Origin: an uncultured virus (IMG/VR IMGVR_UViG_3300010938_000024)
Taxonomy: Duplodnaviria; Heunggongvirae; Uroviricota; Caudoviricetes
DNA length: 64,000 nt
Reading direction: 5' to 3' (one strand)
Virus record (IMG/VR): IMGVR_UViG_3300010938_000024
Below, piece by piece: positions 38,474-48,738 of the stretch (positions are counted from its first letter, which is position 1; every line of letters starts with the position of its first letter). The notes beneath the pieces are model-generated. The model did not search any database. It saw nothing but the letters and a program-made list of their open reading frames with translations, and was not told the origin of the DNA. The position numbers and the translations under genes are program-made.

Positions 38474-41437
38474 ATGGAAGAAACTTACAAACTCCGTATA
38501 GAACCTGATATAAGTGGGCTTACATCTCAAGTAGATTTACTTAAAGATGCTATGAATCTGGCATTTGAAAGACAATTTCCAGGACTTAGAGTTCCAGATC
38601 AAGCCAGCACACCTTTAAGAATAGGCACAGTTACTCCTTCTACAGTTCAAAGAATGGATATAATGCCTGTTTTTCATTCTCAATTTGAAGATTTTTCAGC
38701 TCCACCTATTCCTGGTCAAACACAAGAACCTACAGCTACACCTTTAACAGATATATTTCAAGCTATGCAACAAGCATGGACTAAACCTGTTGCTCTACCT
38801 ATTATTCAAAATGTTCCAGTTATAGGTCCTATTACAGGACAGATTTTAACAACAGCCAGGCAGTTTGTTTTTGGTGAACCTCCAGTTCCTCCACTAATAC
38901 AACCCTCCTTTGGTGGATTTATGGGAATTGATCCAGAAGAAATGCAGAGAAGACAAAGATTGTATAGTAGCTTTGTAAATACTAGAGGACTTCCTGCAAG
39001 ATTAATACAAGGTGGTGTTATGGCTGCAGAATTCATTCCCTTTGCTGTATCGGGACTTTCTCTTACTGCTTCAATCTTAGCCTATATGGGTCTTGGTGCT
39101 ATGGGATTTAATTTTCCTTCTGAAGCTATGTCTGAAGAAATTTCTACTAGAAATATGATTAGAAATGCAGGTATGGTTTTACCTAGGCTTACAACTCCTG
39201 CTGGATTAGGATTTGGACAAAGAGAAATAGGTGAATTAGCAAGAACTATAGGAACTATTAGAACAGAATTAAGAACCAGAGGTCCTGCTGATGTAGAAGG
39301 ATTAGAAGAAGCACCACAAGCTGCTTTTGAAACTTTAGCAATAACAGGAAGAATAGGTCCAGGAACAGGAATTTCAGAAATACAAAATATGATTAGAAAT
39401 TTAACTAATTCTATGGTTGAAATAGCCAGAGAATATAAAACCAGTGTGGCTAATGCCAGAGAAATAATAATGAGATTAGACAGAATAGGAATATCTTTTG
39501 AACAAGCTCCTCATACAATAAGACAAATGACTACAGCTGCTAGATTTCCAGGATTGTCAATGAATCAAGTATTAGTAGCAGCTGAGCAAGGAGCAGCTAT
39601 ATCAGCTGGAATGGGACTTCCTCCTGAGTTTGGTGTGAGAATGGCTACAGCTGGTGTATATTTGGGAGCTGGAATGAGAGCTTTTTCTAATCTTACAATG
39701 CAACCAGAACAATTTAGTCAACTAATTCAAAAAGAAATATATAAAACAATGGCAACTCCGGCAGGAAGATTTATGGCTTATGGAATGACTACTAATGAAA
39801 ATTTAAATTATATAAATTTAATTCAATCTGGTGGATCTATGGCTGCAAAATCTCCTACTGATTACTTAAAATTTATTGCAAGTTCAGGTGATGTAGCAAA
39901 TCAAGTTAGTTTTAATGATCTAATACAAGTGAAATCTAATTTTAGCAAACAATTATTAAAAGCTATGGGAGCTCCTATAACAGAACAAACTTTAACAGGT
40001 CTTCTTACTGTTACTGAAAATATGAATCCAGAAGAAGCAAGAGTTTTAGCTAAAACTTATATAGAACTTCCTAAGATAGAAGAAAGACAAGCTCAGTGGC
40101 AAGCATTTAGTAGAACTCAAGAAAGAGCCCAAGCTAGATATGAATTAATTCCAGGTGTTATAAGATGGGGATTAGAGACTTATGTAGGACTTAGAGCTCT
40201 TCCATATACTCTTGGAATTACCAGACAAGCTCCTCCTTTAGGATTGGAAGCACCTGGAATAACGGGAGCTGTAACTCATTTCATGGAAAGTTATAGATTA
40301 GGCAGACAATTTTATAGAGGAATTGGAAGAGCAATGGGAGAAGCTGTTGAACCTGTAGCTGAGTGGACTCGTAATATTTTTGACAGATATACTGATGTTA
40401 TGGAATCATTTAGATTATCTACTGGAAGACTTGAATATCCAACTGAATTATCCAGAGCTATTTCTATGTTGCCTGCGGGTCCTCCATCTACTTTATCCAG
40501 TGAAGAATTTAAAAAAATAGGATGGACAGATGTTGCACAATCTTTGGGCTTAAAAACTGAAAAAGCAACAGTTCAAGATTTTATGACGAAAGTAGAAAGA
40601 GTTAGAACATCAATAGGCAGAGGATCTTATGAATTAAGTAGAGAACAAGATGAGTTTTTTATGGAAGCTTTTGCAAATGCTAAACATGGAATTAATATAG
40701 GTATTGAAACTATTAACAAACTTAAATCTTATGATATGTTTGCTAATATGGATGCAGAACAAATTTCAGGATTGGTAGCTGCTTATGCAAAAAAACATAA
40801 TATTCCTGTATCTACAAAATCATTAGAAGAATTACAAGCTAGAATTGGAGATTATGGAGTTGAAAAATTAAAAAAATTCCGAGAAGTTGAAAAAGAAAAT
40901 CCTATTATTAGAAGTTTTTTGAAAGAAAAAGAATTGAGAAATATCCCAGAAGATAAAAGAGCAGTTTTATTATCGGCCATGCATACATATACAGCATTAG
41001 AAAAACTACCAGAAGATAGAAAAGAAAGAGCTAAAATATTAAGTTCTTTGGGTATAGAAATAGGTAAAGAAGAAGAATTTAGAAAAGATTTAAAATATAA
41101 AATATCTACTGAATTAACAGATGCAAAATTTAAAGGAGATTTTACAACATTCCAGAGACTTGTGGGTAAATATGAAGCTGAATATCCAGCTACTATAGAA
41201 AAATTTGTTACACAAATAAAAGAGCTTAGAGCTACTGGAGTAATAGCAGAACCTGTAACTACAGAACAAAAACCTTTGCCTGCTGAGCAAACAACTTTGA
41301 TGTCAGATAGTTTAAAAGAAGGTGTTAAGGCTCTCCAGAAAACAGCTGAAGCTGCTTCTAATTTAGAAAGAAAACTAGCTCGGAGTGAACTTAAAGAATC
41401 AGGAAAGGCAGGAATTATGTCTGGATTTTTTGGATAA
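38474..41437 (+). CDS. tape measure-like protein
   Basis: 987 aa, Ala/Gly/Met-rich helical; flanked by the frameshifted chaperone and baseplate-type genes. Confidence 0.7.
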   Translation: MEETYKLRIEPDISGLTSQVDLLKDAMNLAFERQFPGLRVPDQASTPLRIGTVTPSTVQRMDIMPVFHSQFEDFSAPPIPGQTQEPTATPLTDIFQAMQQAWTKPVALPIIQNVPVIGPITGQILTTARQFVFGEPPVPPLIQPSFGGFMGIDPEEMQRRQRLYSSFVNTRGLPARLIQGGVMAAEFIPFAVSGLSLTASILAYMGLGAMGFNFPSEAMSEEISTRNMIRNAGMVLPRLTTPAGLGFGQREIGELARTIGTIRTELRTRGPADVEGLEEAPQAAFETLAITGRIGPGTGISEIQNMIRNLTNSMVEIAREYKTSVANAREIIMRLDRIGISFEQAPHTIRQMTTAARFPGLSMNQVLVAAEQGAAISAGMGLPPEFGVRMATAGVYLGAGMRAFSNLTMQPEQFSQLIQKEIYKTMATPAGRFMAYGMTTNENLNYINLIQSGGSMAAKSPTDYLKFIASSGDVANQVSFNDLIQVKSNFSKQLLKAMGAPITEQTLTGLLTVTENMNPEEARVLAKTYIELPKIEERQAQWQAFSRTQERAQARYELIPGVIRWGLETYVGLRALPYTLGITRQAPPLGLEAPGITGAVTHFMESYRLGRQFYRGIGRAMGEAVEPVAEWTRNIFDRYTDVMESFRLSTGRLEYPTELSRAISMLPAGPPSTLSSEEFKKIGWTDVAQSLGLKTEKATVQDFMTKVERVRTSIGRGSYELSREQDEFFMEAFANAKHGINIGIETINKLKSYDMFANMDAEQISGLVAAYAKKHNIPVSTKSLEELQARIGDYGVEKLKKFREVEKENPIIRSFLKEKELRNIPEDKRAVLLSAMHTYTALEKLPEDRKERAKILSSLGIEIGKEEEFRKDLKYKISTELTDAKFKGDFTTFQRLVGKYEAEYPATIEKFVTQIKELRATGVIAEPVTTEQKPLPAEQTTLMSDSLKEGVKALQKTAEAASNLERKLARSELKESGKAGIMSGFFG

Positions 41438-41439
41438 AA

Positions 41440-42387
41440 ATGGCTAAAGAAGCAGAAATTGTAAAATTTGGTGCTAATATAGATTATTTACTTTCTTTAC
41501 CATCAGTTATTGCAGATTATTTTTTAGGTAAAGGAAAAGAAGATACAGCTGTAACTATCCCACAAACAGTTAATTATCCCCCTGCTACAAAACCAGACAG
41601 TAAAAAACCTGCTACTAAAATAGTAAAAAAACCAAAAATTGCAAGAAAAATAGAAGAACCCCCTTCCCCTTATTTAAATGTTCCTATTTCTTTGTTACAA
41701 CATAATTTCAGAGAAATTCTGGAAACATTTCCTCAAGACATTGATTATCTATGGGAAAATAATATTTGTACTATTATAGTTTCTATTTTAGACAGAAATA
41801 CAATAAAATTAAAAAAATTAATTGTATTAGTTGATTTTTTTATAACTACAATATCCCATGGAACTTCTGAAAATTATCAAATGATTAAAACATTTAAAGA
41901 TTTTTTTATAACTTTTTTTGATAGAGGTATAGGAACTTATAGAATATCGGGAATTTTAGTGGAACCTCCCAAATCTGATATTTTAGAAGCAGGGCAATAT
42001 ACTACTTTTCAGGATTTATATAATTCTATAATCAGTGGTTCTAATATTGCCAAATTATCACAACATCCAAATTATATTATAGAGAGTGGATTAACTTTTT
42101 TAAATTTTTATAAAAAAGGTTTTATAACAGATATTTCATTTGCTTTATCTTCAGCTCAGTCAAATATAGTTAATTTTTCTTTTAGTTTTATTGTTCCAAA
42201 AGAAGAAACAGGACATATTACATTATTTGATAAAACAACAGTAGATATAACAAATTTAGTTAGTGACGATCCAGATGTTATAGATAAATTACATGATCCA
42301 GATCAAAGTTATTTATTAGAAAGTTCTGGTCTAAAAATAACTAGCAGTGAAGGAAAATTATTTTTAGAAGAATCACATGCTAAGTAA
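41440..42387 (+). CDS. putative baseplate/tail-tube-initiator protein
   Basis: beta-rich, YRISGIL...FSFSF.V; follows tape measure. Confidence 0.5.
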   Translation: MAKEAEIVKFGANIDYLLSLPSVIADYFLGKGKEDTAVTIPQTVNYPPATKPDSKKPATKIVKKPKIARKIEEPPSPYLNVPISLLQHNFREILETFPQDIDYLWENNICTIIVSILDRNTIKLKKLIVLVDFFITTISHGTSENYQMIKTFKDFFITFFDRGIGTYRISGILVEPPKSDILEAGQYTTFQDLYNSIISGSNIAKLSQHPNYIIESGLTFLNFYKKGFITDISFALSSAQSNIVNFSFSFIVPKEETGHITLFDKTTVDITNLVSDDPDVIDKLHDPDQSYLLESSGLKITSSEGKLFLEESHAK

Positions 42388-44050
42388 TTTAGAATTTAAA
42401 GTATTTTTAGAAGGTTATGAAGTTCCTTTTTTTGCAGGAGAAATAAGTTGTGGCTCTATGGTTGCAAATGCAGGAATTCAAATTCCTCCAAGTGAATCTA
42501 CCAGAAAATTTCTTCCTAAGACACGAATATTAATATTATTTAAGTCTTCCAGTGATACAGAGGAAAAAGTATTATTTGATGGAGAAGTTCAAGATATTAG
42601 ATTTGATAAAGAAGCTACCAGTAGAACTACAAGTATATATGCAACAGATTGTTTTCAAGAATTAAATTATTTTCCAGCATATATAATGACTCCAGCTTCA
42701 AATGAAACAGACTTAATAATGAATGCTTATTATACAGGTGGTCAAATTCAAGTAATTCCTATTAATTTCTCAGCATATTTAAAATCTGATGAAATTCAAA
42801 ATATAAAAGATTTGAGAAATAAAATATTTAAATTATTAAGTAATGCTTTAAAAGGATCTGTTGTATTTAGCAGTCAAATTAGTCCACATAAATTTTTAAG
42901 TAGATTAATGATATTAGTGTCTCAAAAAACAGAAACTTATTTAGCACAGGATTTTGTAAAAAGTGCTTTATTTCAATTAATGAACATTTCAAATGAAGTG
43001 TCCTCTGTAGCAGAATTAATTGCTAAATTATGCCAAGTATTGGATTTGACTTATTATTCAGCCTTTCCTGGTTTCTACACTGGTAAAAACTGGTATAATT
43101 TTTTAATGTTACCAAATTTATATTTTGCGTCTGTTCCAGATTGTAATGTTTTACATTATAATATTATAAATACTTTTACCATAGCAACAAACTGGCAAAT
43201 CAGACCTACCAGAATGATGTGGAAAGTTCCTTTAACAGAATCTTCTGCAATAAATCCCACAGCACAACTTGTAAGTTCAGGAACTTCTACAGAAGAAAAA
43301 CCAGCTTCTTCTTATTTTTTTGGAATAAGACCTAAAAGTCTATTAACACAAATGCTTTCAAAAGATAAAAAAACAATAAATCAAATAGAATATTATAAAC
43401 ATTTTGCAAATAACATAGAACAAGCAAGAGGTATGGTAGAAAAATTTATTTCAGATTTTCCTTTTGCACCTACTTCTGTAGATTCGGAAGATCCTATAAG
43501 TGATCAGAAAAAAATAATATATTTAGATAAAAAAATGGATTACGAATTCCAAAAAGCTCAATATGAAGCATCTACATTTTTAGCTGCAGGACCTTTCAAT
43601 CCCTATGCTATAGCAGGTCTTCCTATGTTGTTTATAGATGATACAAAAGAAGCTACAGGGAGATTATTATTATTAGGGATAAGACATTCTTTTACATTTA
43701 ATAGTGCAACTACTTCATATCAAGGAGGATATTATCACGAAATAGACGATCCTAATACTGTACCACCAGATTATTATGATATAGTAAAACCAAAATATTT
43801 ATATGAAACTCTAATACAAACTAAAATGTCTGAATATGAAAAAAAAGTAGATAAAATATTTAATTTAAATGCTGAGGAAATTTATAAAAATATTATAAAA
43901 AGGCCTTTAATGACTTTTAAAGAATATTTAAAGTTTTTTGATTTGAAATATGAAAAAAATATTATAACTGGTAATATTTTCAATAAAACAAGACAGGATA
44001 GAATTAAAAAATACATCAATTCTATTAAAGGAAATGTAATTTTGAAATAA
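42377..44050 (+). CDS. putative baseplate hub protein
   Basis: VFLEG.EVP, LFDGEV, FNPY...G.P, I.HSF. Confidence 0.55.
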   Translation: MLSNLEFKVFLEGYEVPFFAGEISCGSMVANAGIQIPPSESTRKFLPKTRILILFKSSSDTEEKVLFDGEVQDIRFDKEATSRTTSIYATDCFQELNYFPAYIMTPASNETDLIMNAYYTGGQIQVIPINFSAYLKSDEIQNIKDLRNKIFKLLSNALKGSVVFSSQISPHKFLSRLMILVSQKTETYLAQDFVKSALFQLMNISNEVSSVAELIAKLCQVLDLTYYSAFPGFYTGKNWYNFLMLPNLYFASVPDCNVLHYNIINTFTIATNWQIRPTRMMWKVPLTESSAINPTAQLVSSGTSTEEKPASSYFFGIRPKSLLTQMLSKDKKTINQIEYYKHFANNIEQARGMVEKFISDFPFAPTSVDSEDPISDQKKIIYLDKKMDYEFQKAQYEASTFLAAGPFNPYAIAGLPMLFIDDTKEATGRLLLLGIRHSFTFNSATTSYQGGYYHEIDDPNTVPPDYYDIVKPKYLYETLIQTKMSEYEKKVDKIFNLNAEEIYKNIIKRPLMTFKEYLKFFDLKYEKNIITGNIFNKTRQDRIKKYINSIKGNVILK

Positions 44051-45280
44051 ACTACTGACAGCTAAAGCAGTCAGTTTTAAGAGGAATATGCGAAACGAAG
44101 TTCAACATACTCACATCTTTTCGGGGCTGTTTATAAAAAGCCCCCAACTGAGCAATATTCTGAGCCGCATTAACATCGGCGTTACTAACACTGCCACAGT
44201 TTGGACAAGTAAAATACTTGCCATTCCTATTACCAATCATTTTGCACACATTGCAGATTTTACTCGTATAGCGAGGATCAACTACAACAAGAGGGATACC
44301 AGCAAGTTTAGCCTTGTATTCAAGAAAAGAACGGAGTTGGGAGAAAGCCCAGGAGTGATGTCTTCGTCTTTGAGCTTTTCTTACAGGAGTTCTTTCTCTG
44401 ATGTGGGTCAAGTCTTCAATAGCAATCCCTTTTCCTTCGGTTACAGCCTTTTCTACAATTCGCTTTGCTATGGTGTGATTGGTAATAGTGGTGAATCTCT
44501 GTTCTCTGCCTTTAAGCCGTTTCAGGAGCTTTCTGCTTCCTGTTGTGCCTTTGCTTTGAACGGATTTACGCACTTTGAAATATTTATCTCTAACTTGGTT
44601 CAACTTTTCAGAATTAAAACTTGTTCCATCAGAAAGTGTAGCTATGTTGGTTATTCCAAGATCCACCCCTATAAATTCCTTAACATCTTTAACATTATCT
44701 TCAGGAACTTCAACAGTCTGAAAAAGATAAAACTTGCTTTTTTTATAAACAAGGTCTGCTTCCCCTTTGATATACGGCAGATATTTAGGATTATGGCAAA
44801 GAAAAGGTATTTTCAATCTGCCGTCAACAGACCAAATGGAGGCAATTTGTTTTTCAATATTATAAGAAAGAATACGAGAATCATAAGCAATAGCACCAAG
44901 AGGTTTAAATCTTCTCTGAATTTTTTTGTCAAGTTTATAAGCATCAACTACCTTACTAATACAACGAACAAGCATTTGGGCAGAAAGCTGAGTAACCTTT
45001 TTCAAGGGGTGATAAATGAGATGGTGAACCTTAAATTGGTTAAAAACTTTCTCTTTCCATATCACATTGGAAATTTGGTTACAGGCATTATTAGCCTCTT
45101 TAAGAGTTGTCAAAAGAGATTTTGCCTGTTTATCAGAAGGAAGAAGTTTTATTTGCAAGGTAAGTTTCATAGTGATAATATATATCAGATGTTTGAATAT
45201 GTCAAGAGAAATCTTTTAAGAAAGGAGGATGGGCAATTCATCCGCCAGCTAAAGCAGGCGGTCTCCTTGCCCTGTTTTCT
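44047..45280 (-). mobile_element. non-autonomous IS200/IS605-family (tnpB-only) element 2
   Basis: Related subterminal hairpins with a GCTAAAGC core at both ends; removal restores an ATGA stop/start overlap; predicted TAM TCAT. Confidence 0.85.
44052..45170 (-). CDS. tnpB: TnpB RNA-guided endonuclease
   Basis: GVDLG, IEDL, W.F.QL...LEYKA, YTS..C..C...CPNCG, NADVNAA. Confidence 0.93.
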   Translation of the reverse strand: MKLTLQIKLLPSDKQAKSLLTTLKEANNACNQISNVIWKEKVFNQFKVHHLIYHPLKKVTQLSAQMLVRCISKVVDAYKLDKKIQRRFKPLGAIAYDSRILSYNIEKQIASIWSVDGRLKIPFLCHNPKYLPYIKGEADLVYKKSKFYLFQTVEVPEDNVKDVKEFIGVDLGITNIATLSDGTSFNSEKLNQVRDKYFKVRKSVQSKGTTGSRKLLKRLKGREQRFTTITNHTIAKRIVEKAVTEGKGIAIEDLTHIRERTPVRKAQRRRHHSWAFSQLRSFLEYKAKLAGIPLVVVDPRYTSKICNVCKMIGNRNGKYFTCPNCGSVSNADVNAAQNIAQLGAFYKQPRKDVSMLNFVSHIPLKTDCFSCQ

Positions 45281-45991
45281 ATGAGGGAATTAAGAGAAAA
45301 ACAACAATTTGAATTAGAACAATGGCATTTGTGGAAGAAAACAAAGGATCCTGCTGTTTTAAATAATCTAATGAATTCATTTAAACCTTTAGTAAAAAAG
45401 CAAGTTAATATTTGGAGAGGGAATTTACCAGATGTTTTTTTGGAAGCAGAAGCAAATAAATTATTATTTAATGCTTTGAATACTTATGACCCTAAGAAAG
45501 GAACTGCTTTAAATACTCATATTACAAATCAATTAAAACCAATATCCAGATTTGTATATACATTTCAAAATGTTGTTAGAATTCCTTCTGAAGAAAGGAT
45601 AAGAAGGATTGGTAGATTACAAACAGCCATTAGTGAACTATCTTCAGAATTAGGAAGACCTCCCACTTCTTTGGAGTTAGCAGAAAGACTAGTCTGGAAT
45701 GTAAATGATATTGAAAAATTACTTAAAGAAATGCATACTGAAAAAATAGAATCATTTGGTTTTACAGGAAATCCTGTTTATTTTGAACCAAAAGTAAGAA
45801 GAATTCTAGAAGCAATTTATGTAGATTTAGAACCTAAAGAAAGACTTGTTTTTGAACATTTAACAGGATATGGAGGAAAACAAGTATATCCTATAGAGCA
45901 AATTAGTAGAATAACAGGAATGCCTGTTAGTGAAATAAATAAATTTAAAAAATCTATAGAAAAAAAGGTAAAAGACTTTGGCTCTTTGTAA
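45281..45991 (+). CDS. phage RNA polymerase sigma factor (FliA/SigF-like)
   Basis: Region 2 A...YDP.KG, RIP, region 3 LGRPPT..ELA..L, C-terminal HTH. Confidence 0.8.
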   Translation: MRELREKQQFELEQWHLWKKTKDPAVLNNLMNSFKPLVKKQVNIWRGNLPDVFLEAEANKLLFNALNTYDPKKGTALNTHITNQLKPISRFVYTFQNVVRIPSEERIRRIGRLQTAISELSSELGRPPTSLELAERLVWNVNDIEKLLKEMHTEKIESFGFTGNPVYFEPKVRRILEAIYVDLEPKERLVFEHLTGYGGKQVYPIEQISRITGMPVSEINKFKKSIEKKVKDFGSL

Positions 45992-47741
45992 AGCAAAAGA
46001 ATACATATCAGCTCTTACTGGTCAACTTGTAAGTTTATATAAGTCTTCTATAAATGCTATAAAAAGGCTCACTTTATTTATTAAAAATGCTGATAAAAAT
46101 GCTGGTGAAGCTATAGTAAATGCATTATTAGAAACAGAAGCTGCTAAATTAATTGCTTCTAAAATGCAAGAATATATAGATAATTCTATTAGAAATTTAA
46201 CCTCTACAGCACTATCTAAATTAGAAGGCTATATAAATCCCTATATGATGATATTAACAAAATTATTAAAATATCCTAATTTAACTATTGCTTTTCTAGC
46301 AATAATAATAATCCCCTTAGTAAAAGCTTTGGAAAAAGAAAAAGAATTATTAGAAAATTTATTAAAAGAAATAAATACTTTAATTCAAGTTTTAGATTTT
46401 TTTGAATCAGAAGGAGCTTATTCTGAAGAAATAACAGAGGATATATTAGCTGCAATAAAACTATTAAATATATCAAAAATATTTATTGAAAAAAGTTATG
46501 AAAATATAGAGATTTGTAATGTTCCTTTAATAAAAAGAAGTTTAAATACTGCAAATAATAATTTATGTGGTGCAATAGGAGTGCTTAGTGCTTCTAATTC
46601 CACTTTTGGAGTTAATACTAAAGCAGCTCTAGATATAGCAGAGTCTCCCAGTAGTGCTTTAGGTATTACAGGAGCTACCAGGCAAGAAAGAAGAGAAAAA
46701 AGAAAAAAATTATTATTTGAAAAATCCATATTGGATCCTGCTAAACAAGAATGGAATAAATATAAAGAAAAAGGATTAGATGTAGCAACAGCAGCTTATA
46801 ATATCCAATCTATTATGGGAAAATTAGTTACTAACCATATAATAATAGATTCTTCTTTAGATACAACAGGAGAAATATTAGATTCCTTTGGAGAATTGGG
46901 AACTTTAGAATGTTATTTGTTTATGCCTGTTTTAGAATTAGATTTGGATAAAAAAATAGATAATGTTATAAATGAACTTAAAGAATTAATTAATAAACCT
47001 AATGTTTTTATTGCTAAAAATCCATTTATAGTCTCTAAATTAACAACTTATAAAGATTTAATAAAACCTGTCTTAGATATAAAAACAAATCTATCTATGT
47101 TTAAAAAACCAAATCCTCCTGTAAATAAAGATGTATTTGAGTCTGAACTGGTAGATATTTCTAAAATATTAAATTATGTAACTGCAGTATCGGATATAGA
47201 AAATGCAAGAAATAGTCTAATTAAATATAGATTATCCATTTATAAGCAATTAAAGTGGGATAATGAATTAATATCTATGTATAAACCTTATACAGATGTT
47301 ACAGAAGAAAAATTAAAAGAGGTTCAAAAATATTTAGCTTTATTAGGAATTTCTATGGATGTTTTAAAATTTGCAACTATAGGAATAACCTCTGCTATTG
47401 CTATCGCTGAATTAGTTAAATGTGTCCAAAAACAACCAAAAAGTCCAAAAGAAGCAGCTGATACAGTTACTGTTAGTAGAATAGCCGGACCAGCAGAACA
47501 AAAAGAAAATGCTAGAAAAGATAATTATTATTCCAGTTCTGCTAAAAGAAATGAAGAACTAAAAACTGCTCAAGCTGATGCTGAAAAAACATTGGATAAA
47601 GTAAAAGAATTTACAATAAGTCAAAAAGAATCAGGCAAATTATCAGAAGAAGAACTTAAACAAATAAATACAGAACAATTGGAAAAACCAAAACCTACTT
47701 TAGCTAATGAGATTTATGCAAAAGCTGAAATTAGAGCATAG
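45978..47741 (+). CDS. hypothetical helical protein (tail operon)
   Basis: 587-aa ORF overlapping the sigma gene end. Confidence 0.6.
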   Translation: MALCKAKEYISALTGQLVSLYKSSINAIKRLTLFIKNADKNAGEAIVNALLETEAAKLIASKMQEYIDNSIRNLTSTALSKLEGYINPYMMILTKLLKYPNLTIAFLAIIIIPLVKALEKEKELLENLLKEINTLIQVLDFFESEGAYSEEITEDILAAIKLLNISKIFIEKSYENIEICNVPLIKRSLNTANNNLCGAIGVLSASNSTFGVNTKAALDIAESPSSALGITGATRQERREKRKKLLFEKSILDPAKQEWNKYKEKGLDVATAAYNIQSIMGKLVTNHIIIDSSLDTTGEILDSFGELGTLECYLFMPVLELDLDKKIDNVINELKELINKPNVFIAKNPFIVSKLTTYKDLIKPVLDIKTNLSMFKKPNPPVNKDVFESELVDISKILNYVTAVSDIENARNSLIKYRLSIYKQLKWDNELISMYKPYTDVTEEKLKEVQKYLALLGISMDVLKFATIGITSAIAIAELVKCVQKQPKSPKEAADTVTVSRIAGPAEQKENARKDNYYSSSAKRNEELKTAQADAEKTLDKVKEFTISQKESGKLSEEELKQINTEQLEKPKPTLANEIYAKAEIRA

Positions 47742-47743
47742 AC

Positions 47744-47779
47744 AAAAAAATAACAGAGGTAAAATCTCTGTTATTTTTT
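47744..47779. terminator. bidirectional intrinsic terminator
   Basis: AAAAAAATAACAGAG / CTCTGTTATTTTTT between convergent genes. Confidence 0.8.
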
Positions 47780-47832
47780 AATTCCCGAATCCAATTTTTG
47801 GATAAGGTTCACTTAATTATAGCTCTATATTT

Positions 47833-47931
47833 TCATATTATTGTATGCCAAATATTCCATTCCAATTCTTTTTCACACCACCCATACTCATTTTCTTTTA
47901 AAATTTTCAATATATCTTTTTTTGTCTTCAT
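47833..47931 (-). CDS. 32-aa truncated paralog C of the Trp-rich family
   Basis: GGAGG SD; MKTKKDILKILKENEYGWCEKELEWNIWHTII; not in the ORF track. Confidence 0.55.
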   Translation of the reverse strand: MKTKKDILKILKENEYGWCEKELEWNIWHTII

Positions 47932-47933
47932 TT

Positions 47934-48602
47934 TTACCTCCATTTTTCAAGATAACGAATATTTTTATTTTTCTCACACCCATATAAAATTGCAATATCT
48001 TTTGCCTCATCTATTGAATTGGGTGAGGAGGCATGAAATATTATAGGCTTGTTCTCTGGGATTTTATCTATTACCTGTTTTATTTCCTCCAGAGAACAAG
48101 TTTTATCTATCACTAGTCTATATTCATCAGCTAATGGAGATAGTTGCCACCCAGATTGTCGTTTGGGTGACAAACTAATATACAATTTCAATCCGTGATT
48201 TTTTTCATGATATTTCTGATATAATTTATCAATAATTTTTGGGTTGGTGCCATTTGTTCGCACCACCAAATACCCATCCTTTCTACAGCTTAATAACAAT
48301 TCCCTTACCAACACAGGGAATTGTTTATGAATAGTAGGCTCTTCTGTAATACATATATCTATATATCTATTTTCTAGTGAGATAGCTCTAGAAACTATAT
48401 CATAAACATAAAAATAACCATTAAATCCAAAAAACCTATTTTTATTTATATATCTATTTTCACATTCACTACACCAATCCCCGTAGTCTATTATATTGCA
48501 TCCTAGCAATTTAATAAAATAAGTGGGAACACCTACCCTTAACCCCTCATCCTGGAATGCAATATAATCTTCTAACAAAGGTAGTTTATCTTTTTTTTCC
48601 AT
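47934..48602 (-). CDS. QueE-like radical SAM protein (divergent)
   Basis: FQ.EG...G.P..FI.L.GCN...C..C, TNGT, SLSPK; the GGEP motif is degenerate (TEEP). Confidence 0.7.
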   Translation of the reverse strand: MEKKDKLPLLEDYIAFQDEGLRVGVPTYFIKLLGCNIIDYGDWCSECENRYINKNRFFGFNGYFYVYDIVSRAISLENRYIDICITEEPTIHKQFPVLVRELLLSCRKDGYLVVRTNGTNPKIIDKLYQKYHEKNHGLKLYISLSPKRQSGWQLSPLADEYRLVIDKTCSLEEIKQVIDKIPENKPIIFHASSPNSIDEAKDIAILYGCEKNKNIRYLEKWR

Positions 48603-48738
48603 TTTTTACCTCCTGGTTTTTTTTAATTTGATCTAGGCTCAAATTTATAAAAAGCCTGCTGGAGATGAGTCCAGCCCTCATAAAAAATAAATTAAATTCT
48701 AAGATATTTAAATTTCTTATAACAGATTTTCAAATCTT

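Noticed and set aside
44088..45284. 398-aa plus-strand ORF
   Set aside because: Antisense shadow of tnpB, with no motifs or RBS
44052..45991. TnpB next to a sigma factor as an RNA-guided transcription system
   Set aside because: TnpB keeps all RuvC catalytic residues and both transposon ends, is divergent from the sigma gene, and its removal restores a clean gene overlap, so this looks like a simple insertion
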